In this document: positions 38,822 to 53,284 of the stretch, piece after piece | How positions within the stretch are numbered: the stretch's first letter is position 1 | Layout of the letters: each line of letters opens with the position of its first letter | NCBI RefSeq assembly: GCF_006345805.1 | Contig: NC_042999.1 | Coordinates: 86,366,001 to 86,430,000 of the forward strand | Direction of reading: 5' to 3' | Source of the DNA: Octopus sinensis | Taxonomy: Eukaryota | DNA: 64,000 nucleotides | Position numbers and translations under genes: made by a program | The notes under the pieces: model-generated | What the model was told of the DNA's origin: nothing | Seen by the model: only the letters and a program-made list of their open reading frames with translations | Databases searched by the model: none

Positions 38822-39063
38822 ATTGGTTTCAAACTTCGAAAGAGTGAAGTAAATCGATTGAAGTAAATCGGTGAAGTAAATCGGCGCAAGAGTGACTGTG
38901 TGGTAAGATTACTCAAGTGCTCACTGGTACTTATTTTATCGACCCCGAAAGGATGACAAGCAAAGACAACCTCAGCGGAATTTGAACTCAGAACATAAGG
39001 ATGGATGAAATGCCGCTCAGCATTTTGCCTGGATTGCTAACGATTCTGCCAGCTCGCCGCCTT
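38822..39063 (-). mobile_element. SINE family 1, rearranged tail
   Basis: Head and core match the family. Confidence 0.8.
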
Positions 39064-39230
39064 AGAAGTATGTAATATTGATATGTCAAATAATATGGAA
39101 AGCAAAATTACTTATATTGTTTATAGCCTCACTGCTTTTGCAGAAGTAAACATGGATTACAAGCTGATGAGTCGGAAGTTCAAATTTGCTACATGTATTT
39201 CATAGTATTTCCAGCTAGATGAACTAAAGA

Positions 39231-39486
39231 TACATATTTTACTGTAGTTGCGGCTTGTTAATGTCACATACACGTGTCACTTCCGAAACGAAATCGAATC
39301 AGCCAGTCTGAAGTATATAGAGTTAGTTTATCCACTATACACCGGTTTGCAAAGGCGCAGCATCAGCGGAGTAAAATTCTAATTATGCAATAGAAGTAGC
39401 TCTATAGTAAAAACTTTACAACAGACTGGCTGATTCGATTTCATTTCAGAAGTGACACAAGTACCACAACTACAGCAAAATACGTA
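39231..39486. mobile_element. MITE with ~65-80-bp terminal inverted repeats
   Basis: tacatattttactgtagttgcgg..tgtcacttccgaaacgaaatcgaatcagccagtctg / cagactggctgattcgatttcatttcagaagtgacaca..ccacaactacagcaaaatacgta; TA ends. Confidence 0.8.
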
Positions 39487-39489
39487 CCC

Positions 39490-39830
39490 GGCGCTCTCGC
39501 GGTGACTTCTGGGACGATTTCGTTTTGCTGAATTATATTGTGTTTTTTAACCCTACACGTCTTTACAGGTATTTTTCCGGACGAAAACCGCAGCTTTTTT
39601 ACTATAAAGTTACGTCCTCTTACTTGTATGATTCGGGAACGTCAGCTCAGACTGTTTGGTTATGTTGCGCGATTTTTCGAGATGGATCCTACGTACCGTG
39701 TTCTCTTCTCTGAGGATCCGACTGGGGTGACGACTCTTGTCGGCCGGCCACATGCTACACGTTCGCGGTGCACGAGAAAATATCTCGGTGAGATGGAGAC
39801 TGACTGCATACTACTCGGAGGCCAAGAGTA
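39490..39830 (+). mobile_element. RTE-type LINE 3' fragment
   Basis: LTCMIRERQLRLFGYVARF.EMDPTYRVL.SEDP.G....GRP matches the RTE R.LR.FGHV.R...GRP motif. Confidence 0.75.
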
Positions 39831-39879
39831 GCAAGAGCATTTTTGTTTTTTGCTATGCATGCTGAAATTATCACCACAT

Positions 39880-39897
39880 TTATTATTATTATCATCA

Positions 39898-39964
<67 letters not shown>

Positions 39965-39991
39965 CATTATTACTATTATTATTATTATTAC

Positions 39992-40027
<36 letters not shown>

Positions 40028-40078
40028 TATTATTATTATTATTATTATTATTGTTATTATTATTATTATTATTATTGC

Positions 40079-40127
<49 letters not shown>

Positions 40128-40128
40128 G

Positions 40129-40171
<43 letters not shown>

Positions 40172-40187
40172 TATTATCACTATTATT
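39880..40187. repeat. Long (TTA)n/(TCA)n microsatellite
   Basis: Direct reading; source of poly-N/I/L track ORFs. Confidence 0.97.
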
Positions 40188-40980
40188 AAGGCGACGAACT
40201 TGTAGAATCCCTTGCATGTTGCCGAAATTGCGTTCTAGTTTCACATTCTGGAGAAGTCGCATTTACCCTCCATTTTTTCGAGGTCAATAAAATAAGCGCT
40301 AGTTGGACACTAAGGTCGATGTAATCCAATATTCCTATCCCCACCACAAATTTTAGGCTTTCTGCCTCTAACAAAGAATTATTAATAGAAAAGCTTTAAT
40401 TTGTGTGAAGTGAGTATATTACAAGTTAAATATGGATTTTATAAAGTACTTCTAAAACATGATAGTATTTAAATCAAACATCCTTCTTAATATGTTTCTG
40501 TTTCTCAATGATATTAACCTTCAAATATATATTTCTTTTTTCGGTCTATATGTCTTACATTATTTCTATAGGATCTGACTTGTCAAAAAAAAAAAAAAAA
40601 AAAAAAAAACCCCAAAAAAGACGAATGCACAATCCTTTATATTTAAAACTTGCATTAATGCTGGTTTTATCTGTAAGCTTTTGTGTGAACTTAGAATACT
40701 TTCAGTTTCACAGACAATATTAATACCATCCATAACTAATTCTATTACTCTATTTTTCCACGGGGAAAATAGTATTACTTTTCTTTGTTGTACAAACTCA
40801 CAATCTCTCTCTCTCTCTCTTTTTCTCTCTCCCTCTCTCTACCACACTTTCTCTCTCGCTCTCTTACTCGCGCTCTCTCGCTCTCTTACTCGCGCTTACT
40901 CACTCACTCACTCACTCACTCACTTCGCTCGTTCAGTGTCTGCCTCAGTCTCTGTCGTTATCCCTTTCCCTCTCTCTCTC

Positions 40981-41011
<31 letters not shown>

Positions 41012-41324
41012 TGTATGTATGTATGTATGTATGTATGTATGTATGTATGTATGTATGTATGTATGCATGCATGCATGTATGTATGTATGTATATATAGAT
41101 AGACAGACAGATAAATAAATACATAGATAAACACAATATGTGCATATACATATATATATAAATATATATAGATATACACACATGTATATATATGTGCATA
41201 TATATAATGTACATATTTACATTATTCATATATGTATAGAATATGTATATATATATACACACATGAGTATATATACACATATATATATATACACACACGC
41301 ATAAGTATTTTGTATATGTGTATA

Positions 41325-41530
41325 TTCTTTTATTCTTGTTTCATTCAGTCAACTGACTGTGGCCACGCTAGAGCATCGCCATTTACTCGAAAAAGTCGAC
41401 CTCTGAACTTATTCTTTGTGAGCCCGTTGCTTATTCTATCGGTCTCTTTTGCAGAACCGCTAAGTTGCGGGGACGTAAACGCACCAACATCGGTTGTCAA
41501 GTGATGGTGGTGGAGGACAAACACAGACAT

Positions 41531-41611
<81 letters not shown>

Positions 41612-41810
41612 CATATATATATACATACATGCATACATATATATATACAAGACGGGCTTCTTTAGGTTTCCGTCTACAAAATCCCTCACAAGGCTTCGAT
41701 CATCCCGAGGCTATAGTAGAAGACACTTACCCAAGGTACAACGCAGTAGGAATGAACGCAAAACCATGTGGCTGGGACGCAAGCTTTTTACCACACAGCC
41801 ACGTCTGTGC
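41325..41810 (-). mobile_element. SINE family 2
   Basis: rc of head, internal TA/CA tract and tail. Confidence 0.82.
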
Positions 41811-41852
41811 CTGTATATATATATATCTTTTTTTATATCTATCTATCTATTT

Positions 41853-41909
<57 letters not shown>

Positions 41910-42239
41910 TACATACATACATTTGAAACATATTAACATCTATGCATACATGTAACAACGTACGTATATGCGCACATAGCATGTGTTCACATACGCACGC
42001 ACAAATCGACACACACGCACCACAAACACCACAGACACACAGACATGTATACAACCACACACATTGTCTATGCATAAATGCACGCATGTACGTGTGTGTG
42101 CGTGGGATGCATCCTCAATTATAATTCGTTCAATGTCCTTGGGCGACTGAGTGACAGGGTGAAACGCTGAAGTTGTTGTTGATGGATGCTTTAAATATAG
42201 CTGAATATTGTAGGCGATGCCTTTTCTGGTTTTGTTAAG

Positions 42240-43240
42240 GCATTATAAGAATAGGAAAAAAAATGATTATATTCACACACAATCCAAACGTGTATCCAAG
42301 AGCGCGTTTTTGTCGTTCACTAGCACTAAAGAGAGAGACGCTCCTGGGAAAACCTGCAGACGCTTGCAGAAATCCAGCTGTACCACTTGACAACCCTTCT
42401 TGCTTTTTCAGTGTCTCTTTAACTGAAGAACTAGTCCCAGCCAAAACCCCTGGACTTTAACAGAACCCTCCATCCAATAATAGAAGCTGCCGCTGCTGCT
42501 GTGCTGCTGTTGGCCAGAATGCATTTGCGTCACCATGTTTCAGTGACAAGCCCATCGAATCGTCCCGGTTGATACGGGCCTCGTAATTTTCTGCTACTTT
42601 TCCAATAGAGTGCTGACTACCTCGATTTCTGAACTTTTGATACCTTGGGGTTGACATGGTACGCGATTGCAGAACGACAATCTTGTTTGAGTGGAATGCC
42701 ACTTAATTTCTAACTCTGTTGCAGTTAGTCAAGTACCAAAACATAGAGGATAGAGATGAAATAAGCGTCACCGATGAGCCAAATGTGCCATGCAAAATGG
42801 TTCCAAAAAAATTGTTGCTAAGGTTAAACCCCGGTACAGACACTGTGGTATATTGTAATCATGTCATCTCTGAAGACTGGAACAAAACTGAATTCTCCTA
42901 GGGCCGTCGCTATGTTGCGATATCTAACCTAATTGTAAACTTCGACTTGATCCAAATTGATGAGTGTCTCATCGAAGCCAGATGTATTGTTGACCCACCT
43001 ACAATGTATTGCACCCGACGTGGACAATGGGGATCAAATTTTTGCGTCTTCCACTATTTTGTGTCTGCCAACATTTTGTCTAACACCTTTACTAAGATCT
43101 TCAACACTTCATTTGACAAAGTTATGAGCCTGAGTTGTTTATCTCTTGTTCGAATTCGTTACTATCTCCCGAGACGAAGACTGGTGACACACTGTTGAAT
43201 CGGAATAAACTTGGTCTGCCGCAGCTGCAGTGGAAGCTGC
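42240..43240 (-). mobile_element. Degraded Tx1/L1-like reverse-transcriptase fragment
   Basis: ITLSNEVLKILVKVL, LINLDQ.K, ISSLSSMF/LYVLVL, IEVVSTLLEK, ARINRDDSMGL in order, with frameshifts. Confidence 0.7.
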
Positions 43241-43319
43241 CATGTTTATAGCGAGCAGTGTGGGATATGGCAAATGGCAAACCATCCACTCATGAATAAT
43301 TTGCCCAGCACACACCGGC

Positions 43320-43434
43320 TTTTATGGATGAAAAGCAAAGTCGACCTTGGCGGAATTTGAACACAGAACGTAAGGACGGATGATATACCGCTAAGTATTT
43401 TGTCCGGCGTGCTAACTACTCTGCCCACTCGCCA

Positions 43435-43485
<51 letters not shown>

Positions 43486-43705
43486 AACTACTACAGATGA
43501 TGATGATGATTTATACTGTAGATACAAAGCCTGAAATTAGGGGTAGGGGCTTTGTTGATTAAATCGACTCCAGTTACTTATTTCATCAAACCCAAAAGGA
43601 TTAATGACATAGTCGACCTCGGCGGAATTTGAATTCAGAACGTAAAGACGGACGAAATGCCGCCAAACATTTTGTCCGGCGTGCTAACAATTTTGCCAGC
43701 TTTCC

Positions 43706-43708
<3 letters not shown>
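43320..43708 (-). mobile_element. Two SINE family 1 copies separated by (ACT)n
   Basis: Units at ~43320-43434 and ~43515-43708. Confidence 0.8.
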
Positions 43709-43749
<41 letters not shown>

Positions 43750-44587
43750 TATTATTATTATTATTATTATTACTATTATTATTATCATTATTATTATTAA
43801 GATGGAAGAGGAGGGGAAAAGAAGACATCTGTTGTAAGAAATGAATAAGTTATGAAGAATGCGCATCAAACGAAAGAATGAACCTAGATTTATAACTTAG
43901 AAATAGCGAACAATTAATCCTCCAATATGTAACATCGGCTGCCAGTTTAGATTAGAATATCATAGAGAAGGAAAGCTGTTTATTTTGTTGTTGCTGATAC
44001 CACGAGGGAAAAAAAACTGTTTATGGCTTCTGTTTTATTTTTAGAACTCTGTTCGCATTTTGTAATACCCCTTCCACTGATAATTTCCTTCATATTTTTG
44101 TATTATTTTACTTCTCTTTAGTGTAGAATGTCGACTCTCTGCAATCAACCTGAAATACCTGATGTTTTATCAATCATGCCATATTATAAACTCATTTCAA
44201 GAAAGTCTTTTTTACTTTTGTTTTTTTTATTTAATCGTTTTTATAAAGGAAAAAGGAAAAAGAATAAATTTAGAATCAAATTTTGAAACATAAGCATATA
44301 ATGCCGGATTTACAGGTGAATAAAAATGAAAGGTTGCGACATATGCCAAAAAGTTGAACGACAGAAATGTAACATATCAAATGAGCAATTAGAAGACTTG
44401 TGGGCTTGTGTGGTTGGTTCACTAGATTCTTATTGCTGCAATAAAGCGGCTGCTCTGTAACATAAACTAACATTAAGATCACTTGACTGAGCAACAGCAT
44501 CACCTTTTTAATACAAGGAAATGTGTTGAAAAACATACAGTCATATTTTAGAATAATATACTACATGTTGAGTTCCAAGAAAAACTA

Positions 44588-44800
44588 GTTTCAAATTTTT
44601 AACCCAAGGCTAGCAATTTCGGGAGTGGAGATAAGTCGATTACATCGACCTTAAGTGTTCAACTGGTACTTATTTTATCGACCCGAACGGACGAAATGCA
44701 AAGTCGGCCTCGGTGGAATTTGAACTGAGGGCACAAATTCGGACGAAATGTCGCTAAGCATTTTGCCCGGCGTGCTAACGATTCTGCCAGCTCACCGTTT
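44588..44800 (-). mobile_element. SINE family 1
   Basis: Head, core and tail A. Confidence 0.82.
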
Positions 44801-45287
44801 TAAGTTCCAAGAAAATTAATGCTGATGCATATACATGATGGACTCTTGTCTCGTACAACAAAAAAAAAAAGGTGGTAGTGATTGAAATGATAATCGTAAA
44901 TTATATTCAGTTAAAATTTTTCTGTCATTAATTAGCAATGTCGAAATGTCCTGAACCCATTATATTTTATTTTTCCCTTCCTATCTAAAACTAATTCAAT
45001 AAACAATCGTGAATTAGAACAATGATGTTCGCTCAGTCACACACACACAATAAAAACGTCGGGTGAATTAGACTAAATCACTTAATGCGCCCGCTAACAT
45101 ATATAAACCCCACTGCTAACTTGAACAACGTAAACCATACTTCCACACAGACTATCTCAAGTGCTTCATTCTACTTAACTTGATTCCCCTTCACAACTTC
45201 AGTAGATTCACATCACAAAAAGCAAATACAAAGAAGATAGAAGAAAGGGGGAAAAGATGTAAGTTACTAAATTCTGAGCGTGTGTGG

Positions 45288-45368
<81 letters not shown>

Positions 45369-46190
45369 CCATCTATCTAATTAATTCAGTCTGACTATCA
45401 ATTCAATTATCTATGAATAAAAATATATATCTAATATATCTACAAATTAGTATGAATACATATACACCCACGCACACACACTCACAGTGACATATACTCA
45501 CACACACATATACAGCATACATATACAGGAATGTGCATATATGGGTGCGTGTGTATACACACACACATACAAAATACATATACATATGTACATACATACA
45601 TACACACTAAATATATACAGGTGATGGGTGTGTGGGTTTTATGTATTTATGTATATGTGTACATCGACGTGTGTATATAAACGTCCCTGGAAGTAATCAC
45701 AGACAGCTACTTCAGACTGTCAGGAATTACTAACGACTAATAAAAACACATTTTAGCATAGATATCACAACTGTCCAATGCCTTGAATTCTCTGCATGCC
45801 TCTTGTTAAAGAATAAAAGCAATGGAATGACAATGACAACGTCCAACCAAATACCAGTAACTATTTCTAGTGTTGTTATGCCCTTCATATTTAAGCTCAT
45901 TCTAAAACAGAATATTGTATACGTCCCACTGATTCATAATTTGCTTTCGTGTGAAGTATACTTTAGAGGGTGTATATCTAAAAACCCCATTCATCTCGCT
46001 GGAAGTACTGAGCAGTACCATTTTCATGCCTTACACGTCGCCCAAAAGATTCTTGGACGCTTCTTTTCATAAACCCACGCTATATTGTCTGACCTGGCAT
46101 AGTCAACTTGAACATTATTGCATCTGTTCTCAAATGCAACCCCGTCATAAAGAGTTGTATATGTGCAAAATTGTTTGGTTATGATCTGTG

Positions 46191-46237
<47 letters not shown>

Positions 46238-46789
46238 ACACCTTTGGAAATGCTCAGTGTTTGTTCAACGCTGTATGAAATTGATCAAAAATAATATCCA
46301 TTCTAAACGGTTCTATTTTCCACAAGTTGGCAAGTGGATTTAAATCGAGCTGTTGATGTACCGTGTGGGACAGATCCAGCTATCAGCCGAATCTATTCGG
46401 AAGATTGCCTTACTGTATTTCATTGATCAGGGAGGACAATAGGTTTTCTTCTGTCTGGTGTTTGTGGTTAAAGAGTTTGTCTGAAAAGATTCAGCATCAA
46501 TACTGTTGTTTTCAGACAAGTTCTCCTCTTTTTAATGCAACACTTGGAAAGTATGATTTTGGTTGGAAGAGAAATTCTGCTCTTCGGTCAGTTTGCGGAA
46601 AGTGGGGTTAAATTAGCATTTCTGTCCCGAATGAATAGGTAAAATCTCAGCAGTAGATCGATGACCATAATTTGGGAATCAATTTTCTAGGTAGAAAGGA
46701 TATTCCTGGATATGTGAGATTCTCAACTTTTCACATATTTTGTTTACTGTGTCTTTTTATTATATATATAATTTGCCCTTGTGACAAAG

Positions 46790-47830
46790 ATTTAGTATTT
46801 GCCAGGATTGTGCGTTGCACAAAATACCTGGTGGTATTTGTTTCAGCTCTTCATGTTATAGATTCAGATAAAACCGAAATCAACCATACCTTTTCCCTTT
46901 GCGGAGTCGATCGAATAAAGTCCTAGTAATTCTATTAAGGTCGATTTCATCAATTAATGGCCTTCCCCCAAATTTCAGGCCTTTTATCCAATAATAGAAA
47001 CATCTATTATTATTAAGAAGAGGGTTATTTCGCTCCCGCCCCCATCGCTACGTCGACTTTGCCTCTCATCCTTTCGGGGCCGATAAATTGTCAGGTACAC
47101 ACTGGGGTCGATGTAATCAACTAGTCCCCTCGCCGCAAACTTCAGTCCTTGTGCCTATAGTAGAGAGGATTGCTTCTACTCTAGGCACAAGGTCCTAAAT
47201 TTCTGGGGAGGGGGGGGGCAGTCAATTAGATCGACTCCAGTACGCAACTGGTACTTAATTTATCGACTCCGAAAGACTTGGAATGATTTTCCTTCTCATC
47301 GGTTAACATCATTTATGAATTCATACCAAATGATGAAAATATGAACACCGTCTATTTTATGAATCCCCCCACCCACTAGTGACGCTTCCTCGACTAATTT
47401 TGTTAAGTATTTCGTATTTTGAGAACTTGAATTTAATAATTTTGTCAGAAGTCACTCTATCGCAGTCCATCATTGTGAGTTGTGATGTAAAAACCCGATA
47501 TACAATTAATATTGCACCTGCAAAAGGCGGCGAGATGATAGAATAGTTATCAAACCAGACAAAATACTTAGCGGCCTTTCTTTCGGTTTTACGTTCTGAG
47601 TTCAAATTCCGCCGAGGTCGACTTTGCCTTTTATTCTTTAGGATCAATAAAATAAGTACCAGTCAAGTACTTGGGTTCACGTAAGCGACTGGTTTCTCCC
47701 AAACTTTCAGGCCTTGTACCTATAATGGAAGGGGGTTGGTAAATTAAGTACCAGTTGCGTACTGGGGTCGATCTAATCGACTGGCCTCTTCCCTCCAAAT
47801 TTCTGGCCTTGTGCCTAGAATAGAAAAGAT
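46790..47830. mobile_element. Cluster of SINE family 1 copies and fragments in both orientations
   Basis: Core and tail motifs at ~46790-47000, 47020-47170, 47175-47275 (-) and 47523-47830. Confidence 0.75.
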
Positions 47831-48142
47831 AACAAAATGTTTTCGCTTCAAACCCGAACATTCGCTTTCTATAGTTTCTGTTTGTAACTCTAGAAAATCA
47901 AATATTCCCGTTTTTATCTGTTATCAGACTGCAGTGGATACCAGCCATTCACGAAATAATAGCCACGATATGGTTCAATCATTAAAAAATAAATTACTTC
48001 CAAATGTCCAAGAAATGAGATGTCTCCATAAAATGACCGACACCTGTTCTTACTATAAGGATCAGTATTCCTTTTATTACTATAAGGATCATTCAAAAGC
48101 AGAACGTAGCGACGGTTGAAACAGAGTAGTAATAATAATAAT

Positions 48143-48840
48143 CCTTTCTACTATAGCTACAGAGCCTGAAATTTTTGGGGAAGGGACTAGTCGATTAGCT
48201 CGACCCCAGTACGTAACAGGTACTTAATTTATCGACCCCGAAAGTCAACATCGGCGAAATTTGAACTCAGAACATAAAGACAAACGAAATAGCGCTAAGC
48301 ATTTCGCCCGACCTGCTAACGTTTCTTATTTCTTTATTGCCCACAAGGAGCTAAACATAGAGGGGACAAACAAGGACATACAAAGGGATTAAGTCGATCA
48401 CATCGACCCCAGTAAATAACTGGCACTTAATTTATCGACTCCGAAAGGATGAAAGGCAAAGTCGACCTCGGCGGAACCTGAACTCAGAACATAACGGCAG
48501 ACGAAATACCTATTTCTTTACTACCCACAAGGGGCTAAACACAGAGGAGACAAACAAGGACAGACAGACGGATTAAGCTGATTATATCGACCCCAGTGCG
48601 TAACTGGTACTTAATTTAGCGATCCCGAAAGGATGAAAGGCAAAGTCGACCTCGGCGGAATTTGAACTCAGCACGTAAAGACAGACGAAATACTGCTAAG
48701 CATTTCGCCCGGCGTGCTAACGTTTCTGCTAGCTCACCGACTTGGGTGGGGATTGAATATTCTTTTCGTCTCTAGGCACAGGGTCCGAAATTTTGGAGGA
48801 GGGAGCCAGTCGATTAGATCGATCCCAGTACGTAACTGGG
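48143..48840 (-). mobile_element. SINE family 1 tandem trimer plus a tail fragment
   Basis: Junctions at ~48326 and 48510/48511. Confidence 0.9.
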
Positions 48841-49376
48841 TGGAGATTGAATATTGAATAAAGAATAGTTAAGTTTGGGAAAATATGGTCTAAAAGAAAT
48901 TTATCCATGCTAAATATGATCTCCGAAATTACCATATAATGTTAGCTCTATTTCTTGAAATGATGTTAACAGCACTGAAAAATTTGGTACTTTTTGAACG
49001 TCTCTTGGAAAGATTTTAATAGAATGAAATAAATGCTACTCAGCATAAAAACTAAAGATAGGTGGATATTAAACAATGAAGCTGACGGAATGACAAGCGT
49101 GGATACTGGAAATTTTCGCCCTCCCAAAGCTGATATGACCTGCTCACGAAAACCTGAGGCAAAAAGACTTACTGTTTCAGCATGTCAATCGTTCGGCCGA
49201 TGGATCCATTTAAATGTAATGAAACGTCAGACAACGGTGACGTTAATTGGCCAGTACGACTTGATGACCTTTCACCGTTGATATAGAATCAAAGGAATTG
49301 TCGACTACCTCGTGAAAAGGTCATTCAAATATTGGAGATTATCATCATTATTTTCATGCATACGGGGGTCGGCTCT

Positions 49377-49407
<31 letters not shown>

Positions 49408-50039
49408 TCATTTCATTATCTTCATCATCGTTGTTACCACCACCACCACCACCACCACCACCACCATCATCATCACTTTACTCATTTGTAACAAGATCAA
49501 GTGTATTAGTTGCAATGAACATATGAAGACAATTCTATAGTCAGCGGAAGATAGTCATTCAGCATCCCTGTTTGCGAAGTTGTAATTATTATTTTGGGCC
49601 GAGAGGAAGCTGTGCCTGAAGTAGTGTCGGGTAGAGGTGATCAGCACGTATATCGTTTCGGTGATGTACTACATCTTGACATTGGTGCCATGTCTGTGGA
49701 AATATGGACTGTCTCAGAGCTTTCTGCCCACACAACAAAAAAAGAAAAGAAGAAGGAAAGGCTCTTTACTGTTGCCAAAACCATTGCTACAAAAGCAGCA
49801 GCAGCAGTGTGCAATAACAGAAGCAGCACGATAAAAAAAAAAGAGCTACAACAGCAGCATCTGTACCAATGTGAACGATAGCAGCAACAACAACATCAAC
49901 GCACCACCTACAATCGCAGTAGAAACTGTGGAAACAGTAACAGCTTTAGCCCTCATCGACTCTTTAAATTTCACTTGAAAAAAGGTGAGCGTTGAGAGGG
50001 AGGTGCTGCTGATCAGTAAATTTTTTGAAAGGTGAGTGA

Positions 50040-50233
50040 ATGGGATGCGTCAGACAAAATGCTTAGCAGCATTTCTTCCGTCTTCACGTCCGGAGTTCAA
50101 ATTCCGCCGAGGTCGACTTTGCCTTTCATTCTGTCGAGGCCGATGAAATAAGTACCACTCAAGTACTGGGGTCGATGCAATCGACCAGCCCCTTTCCCCT
50201 AAAATTTCAGACCTTGTGCCTATAATAGGAAGG
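50040..50233 (+). mobile_element. SINE family 1
   Basis: Core and tail A followed by (ATT)n. Confidence 0.8.
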
Positions 50234-50314
50234 ATTATTATTATTATCATTGCTTTTGCTGCAGCTGTTGTTGTCACTGTCGTTGTCGTTTTTGTTATAT
50301 TATTATTATTATTA

Positions 50315-50352
<38 letters not shown>

Positions 50353-50364
50353 GTCATTATTATC

Positions 50365-52580
50365 TTCTTTCAATTCAGTTTCCATTTCTTGCCGAGTGTC
50401 TTCCTGACACCAAGCGCAGAGAAACAGGAGGCCATTAAAATAAACGCACCAGATTGTTCATTTACAAAGTCATATGATAAAGAAAACGGGGACGAAAGAC
50501 AGAGAGAAAAAGGAAAAATATAAAAACGTAAATAAAAAAAATAACGGAAGAAAAGGTAAGAAAATTCGGTGACAATAATCTTCTCAGTCCGTATGACGTA
50601 CCAGTTAAGGCAATCTTTTGCACTTCCTGCAAAGATGGTAAGCCAGGGATCATTCTTAAATAATTTTGAGCTCCTTTTTTGATCGTTCGAAATGTTCCTA
50701 CAATAACTGGTATTGTAGCCCTCTTGAGATGCCACATCTTTTCGATTTCGATCAGCAAATCTTTATATCTTCTGAGATTATCAAATTCTCTTGCCGAGAT
50801 ATTATGGTCACAGAGTATGCTCATGTCAATCAATAAACAGACTTTATTATTTGGCCTTCCATAATAATATCTGGTTTATTTGCTTTGGTGGTCCGTTCTG
50901 TACATACGGGAAAGTCCCAAAGAATCATTACATTTTCTCCCTCAGTTACAGAAGTTTTGATTTTATAATGCCGACACATGTCCAATGTAGATATTGGCCA
51001 GCTCTGTCAATGTCTTGATTTGTACTCTACAGGTGCTAAAACCTTACACTCAGAGATTAGGTGGTCCACTTTTTCAATCCCATCGTTGTAGTATCGGCAC
51101 CTTGGGTCAACTCCATTTTTCATCACATTGGCTTGATAGTTCGGGGTCAATAAACTCTGATCGTGAGCAACCAGGATAAAGCCTTCACTGTTGGGTGTGC
51201 TTCTGGTCTACATAAGCTTGTTTGCTACAGGCCACATATTTGCCATGCAGAGGTTTTTGTTTCCACCTTTCACCCAAATGTTCGAACGCATTTTGCTTTG
51301 CTATTGATTTCACCTTCTTTGCAACTACAGTTGCCGCATTTCCATCATGCTGTTCAGCTTGGGTATTATGCATAAACACACTAGCAAATTTTTTGCTCTC
51401 CTTCATAACAGAATGAAGCTTCTTACGTCTCTCTTGGTTTTCAACGAGATTTAGTATCCAGTCGTTAGATGTTGGAACATAGTTTGCCAGTCCAATTGTG
51501 GTGGTTTTGTTAAAGATTTCAAACTGGCTCAAGCCTAGACCTCCTTGAGCTTTGGGTAGGTAAAGACGATCCACTCCTGCATTTGGGTGGTGCATCTTAC
51601 TGCAAGTCAGCAGCTAATAGATTTTCCCGTCAATCTTCCTTATTTCGCTCATATTCCTGTTCAACACATTGAAACTGAAAATAACAACAGGAATTGCTAA
51701 GAATTTATAACTTACTCCTTGTTACGTGCATTTAACTCGGATTTTAGGAGTACTCGAACTCTCCTGTAAGTATTCCTCCCTGATCTCCTCTGTCATGCTT
51801 GCATGCTGAATGCCAGAGCCCTCATTTATTCCGAAGTAGTTGTAAGTTTGTTCCTGCACGAGTTTTTTTATAATTGTGTCAACATCTAACACTACTGAAT
51901 GTGAGGTCTTCAATTTCTCTTTCTGGAAAGTGGCGTTGGCACATTTAGCAAGACCAAATTCCATCCCGATGTCATGATTGAATGCTTTCACAGTACGTAA
52001 TATTCCTTCAAGCTCATTATCGCCTTTGCCATAGAGTTTTAAGTCATCCATATAAAATAAATGACTTACTTTCTTCTTGCTTGTAAGGGGTATTTGGGCT
52101 ATGTAAAAAAAGGTGAAAATGAGTCACCTTGGAAAATGTCGCAACTGATAATAATATTTTTTGTGGTCATTAGAGTGTTATAATTGGAGATTCGTATTCC
52201 ACACTAACATGTTATGCTTCAGGAAGTTTGAAATCACAAGAGAAACTTTGAAAATATCCAGTAATTTCAAGATCCATTAATGCGGTATGCATTTAAAGGC
52301 TTTTTTATAATCAATCCATGGGTAACTGAGATTTCTGATTAATGACAGGATCATGCGATTGATTGGTGTTTGCATCCATACGAGCCTCGTCGGCACCCTT
52401 TTTGTTCAGTGAGGGAAATATCGTTCTGTTTCATAAATTGGTATGTTTTCTCCACGAGGATAGATGTTAAAATTTTATACGAGAAAGATAGATAAGTTAT
52501 GGGCCGATAATTTTGGAGAAATTTGGTTTCATTATTCTCCAGGAGTAGGTAAGTAATACCTCTTGTTAACCAACCAGGTG
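50365..52580 (-). mobile_element. ~2.2-kb R4/Dong-type LINE (RT, thumb, endonuclease), degraded
   Basis: NYRPIT, IFQGDS, LFYMDDLKLY, DIGMEFGLAKC, HPNAGVDRLYLPKAQGGLGL, KPLHGKY, LIDMS, RYKDLLIEIEKMW..IPVIVG; TAA flanks. Confidence 0.92.
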
Positions 52581-52594
52581 TTATTGTTATTATT

Positions 52595-53144
52595 GAGTGA
52601 AAGAGCAGTGCATGCCATCAAAGTGACACTGGGGTAAAATACACGAAGCCCAGTGTACCCATCATGACTACCCATCTGATAAGGATACACCAGGCACATG
52701 TATCACAACCATATGTGCGCGACATGGAGATTTCATATCAAGATAAACAGCACATGGCCTTGCAGGTGGGGTCCAGTTAGAATTTTCTTCTGGTCGAGTA
52801 ACCTATACCGCTCAAATGGTTCCTGAATAAGGGTTGTTTAAGGATGTTGAAAGAAACACCCATGTTTCCAGAGGTGAATTATTCAAACCCCAAAGGATCC
52901 CTCTCAACACATGGCTATGATGCTCCCCCACTACTTCTGCTCGTGGTCAGAGATGCACATATCATCAGCCACTATGGGACATGCTCAACGGATTAAGGTA
53001 AAAAAACTGACAAGCAAATCTGTGTTATTGAGCACAAAATTTGCTGTAGCCCATCTTTTATACAAGACAAAACAATGTACATGATAACACTTCCAATCAG
53101 TTAAGATCACAAGCCACGAGAGCCACTGCCTGGTATTGCATCAG
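52595..53144 (-). mobile_element. ~550-bp TAA-associated repeat, copy D
   Basis: rc of copy A over its full length. Confidence 0.9.
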
Positions 53145-53155
53145 TAGTGAGACAT

Positions 53156-53267
<112 letters not shown>

Positions 53268-53284
53268 TATTATTATTATTATTA

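Noticed and set aside
39163-39200. Isolated CTGATGA here and CTGACGA at 35102
   Set aside because: No GAAA or flanking stems.
39660-40290. Poly-N, poly-I and poly-L ORFs, and similar YI/CV/HT ORFs throughout
   Set aside because: Microsatellite translations.
42719-42901. THAP-like look of the plus-strand ORF
   Set aside because: The opposite strand gives ordered Tx1/L1 RT motifs, a better explanation.
45690-46620. Possible old LINE remnant
   Set aside because: Only vague RT-like traces; could not assign by eye.
48143-48840. Regularly recurring motif resembling a CRISPR array
   Set aside because: Intervening sequences are homologous SINE parts rather than unique spacers; no cas genes; eukaryotic context.
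52861-52984. Type III hammerhead-like pieces in the 550-bp element (catgUC cca-tag-tgg CUGAUGA ... GAAAcatg)
   Set aside because: Stem I is only 2-3 bp, stem II does not close over ~90 nt, and copy A has CUGACAA; may be chance.
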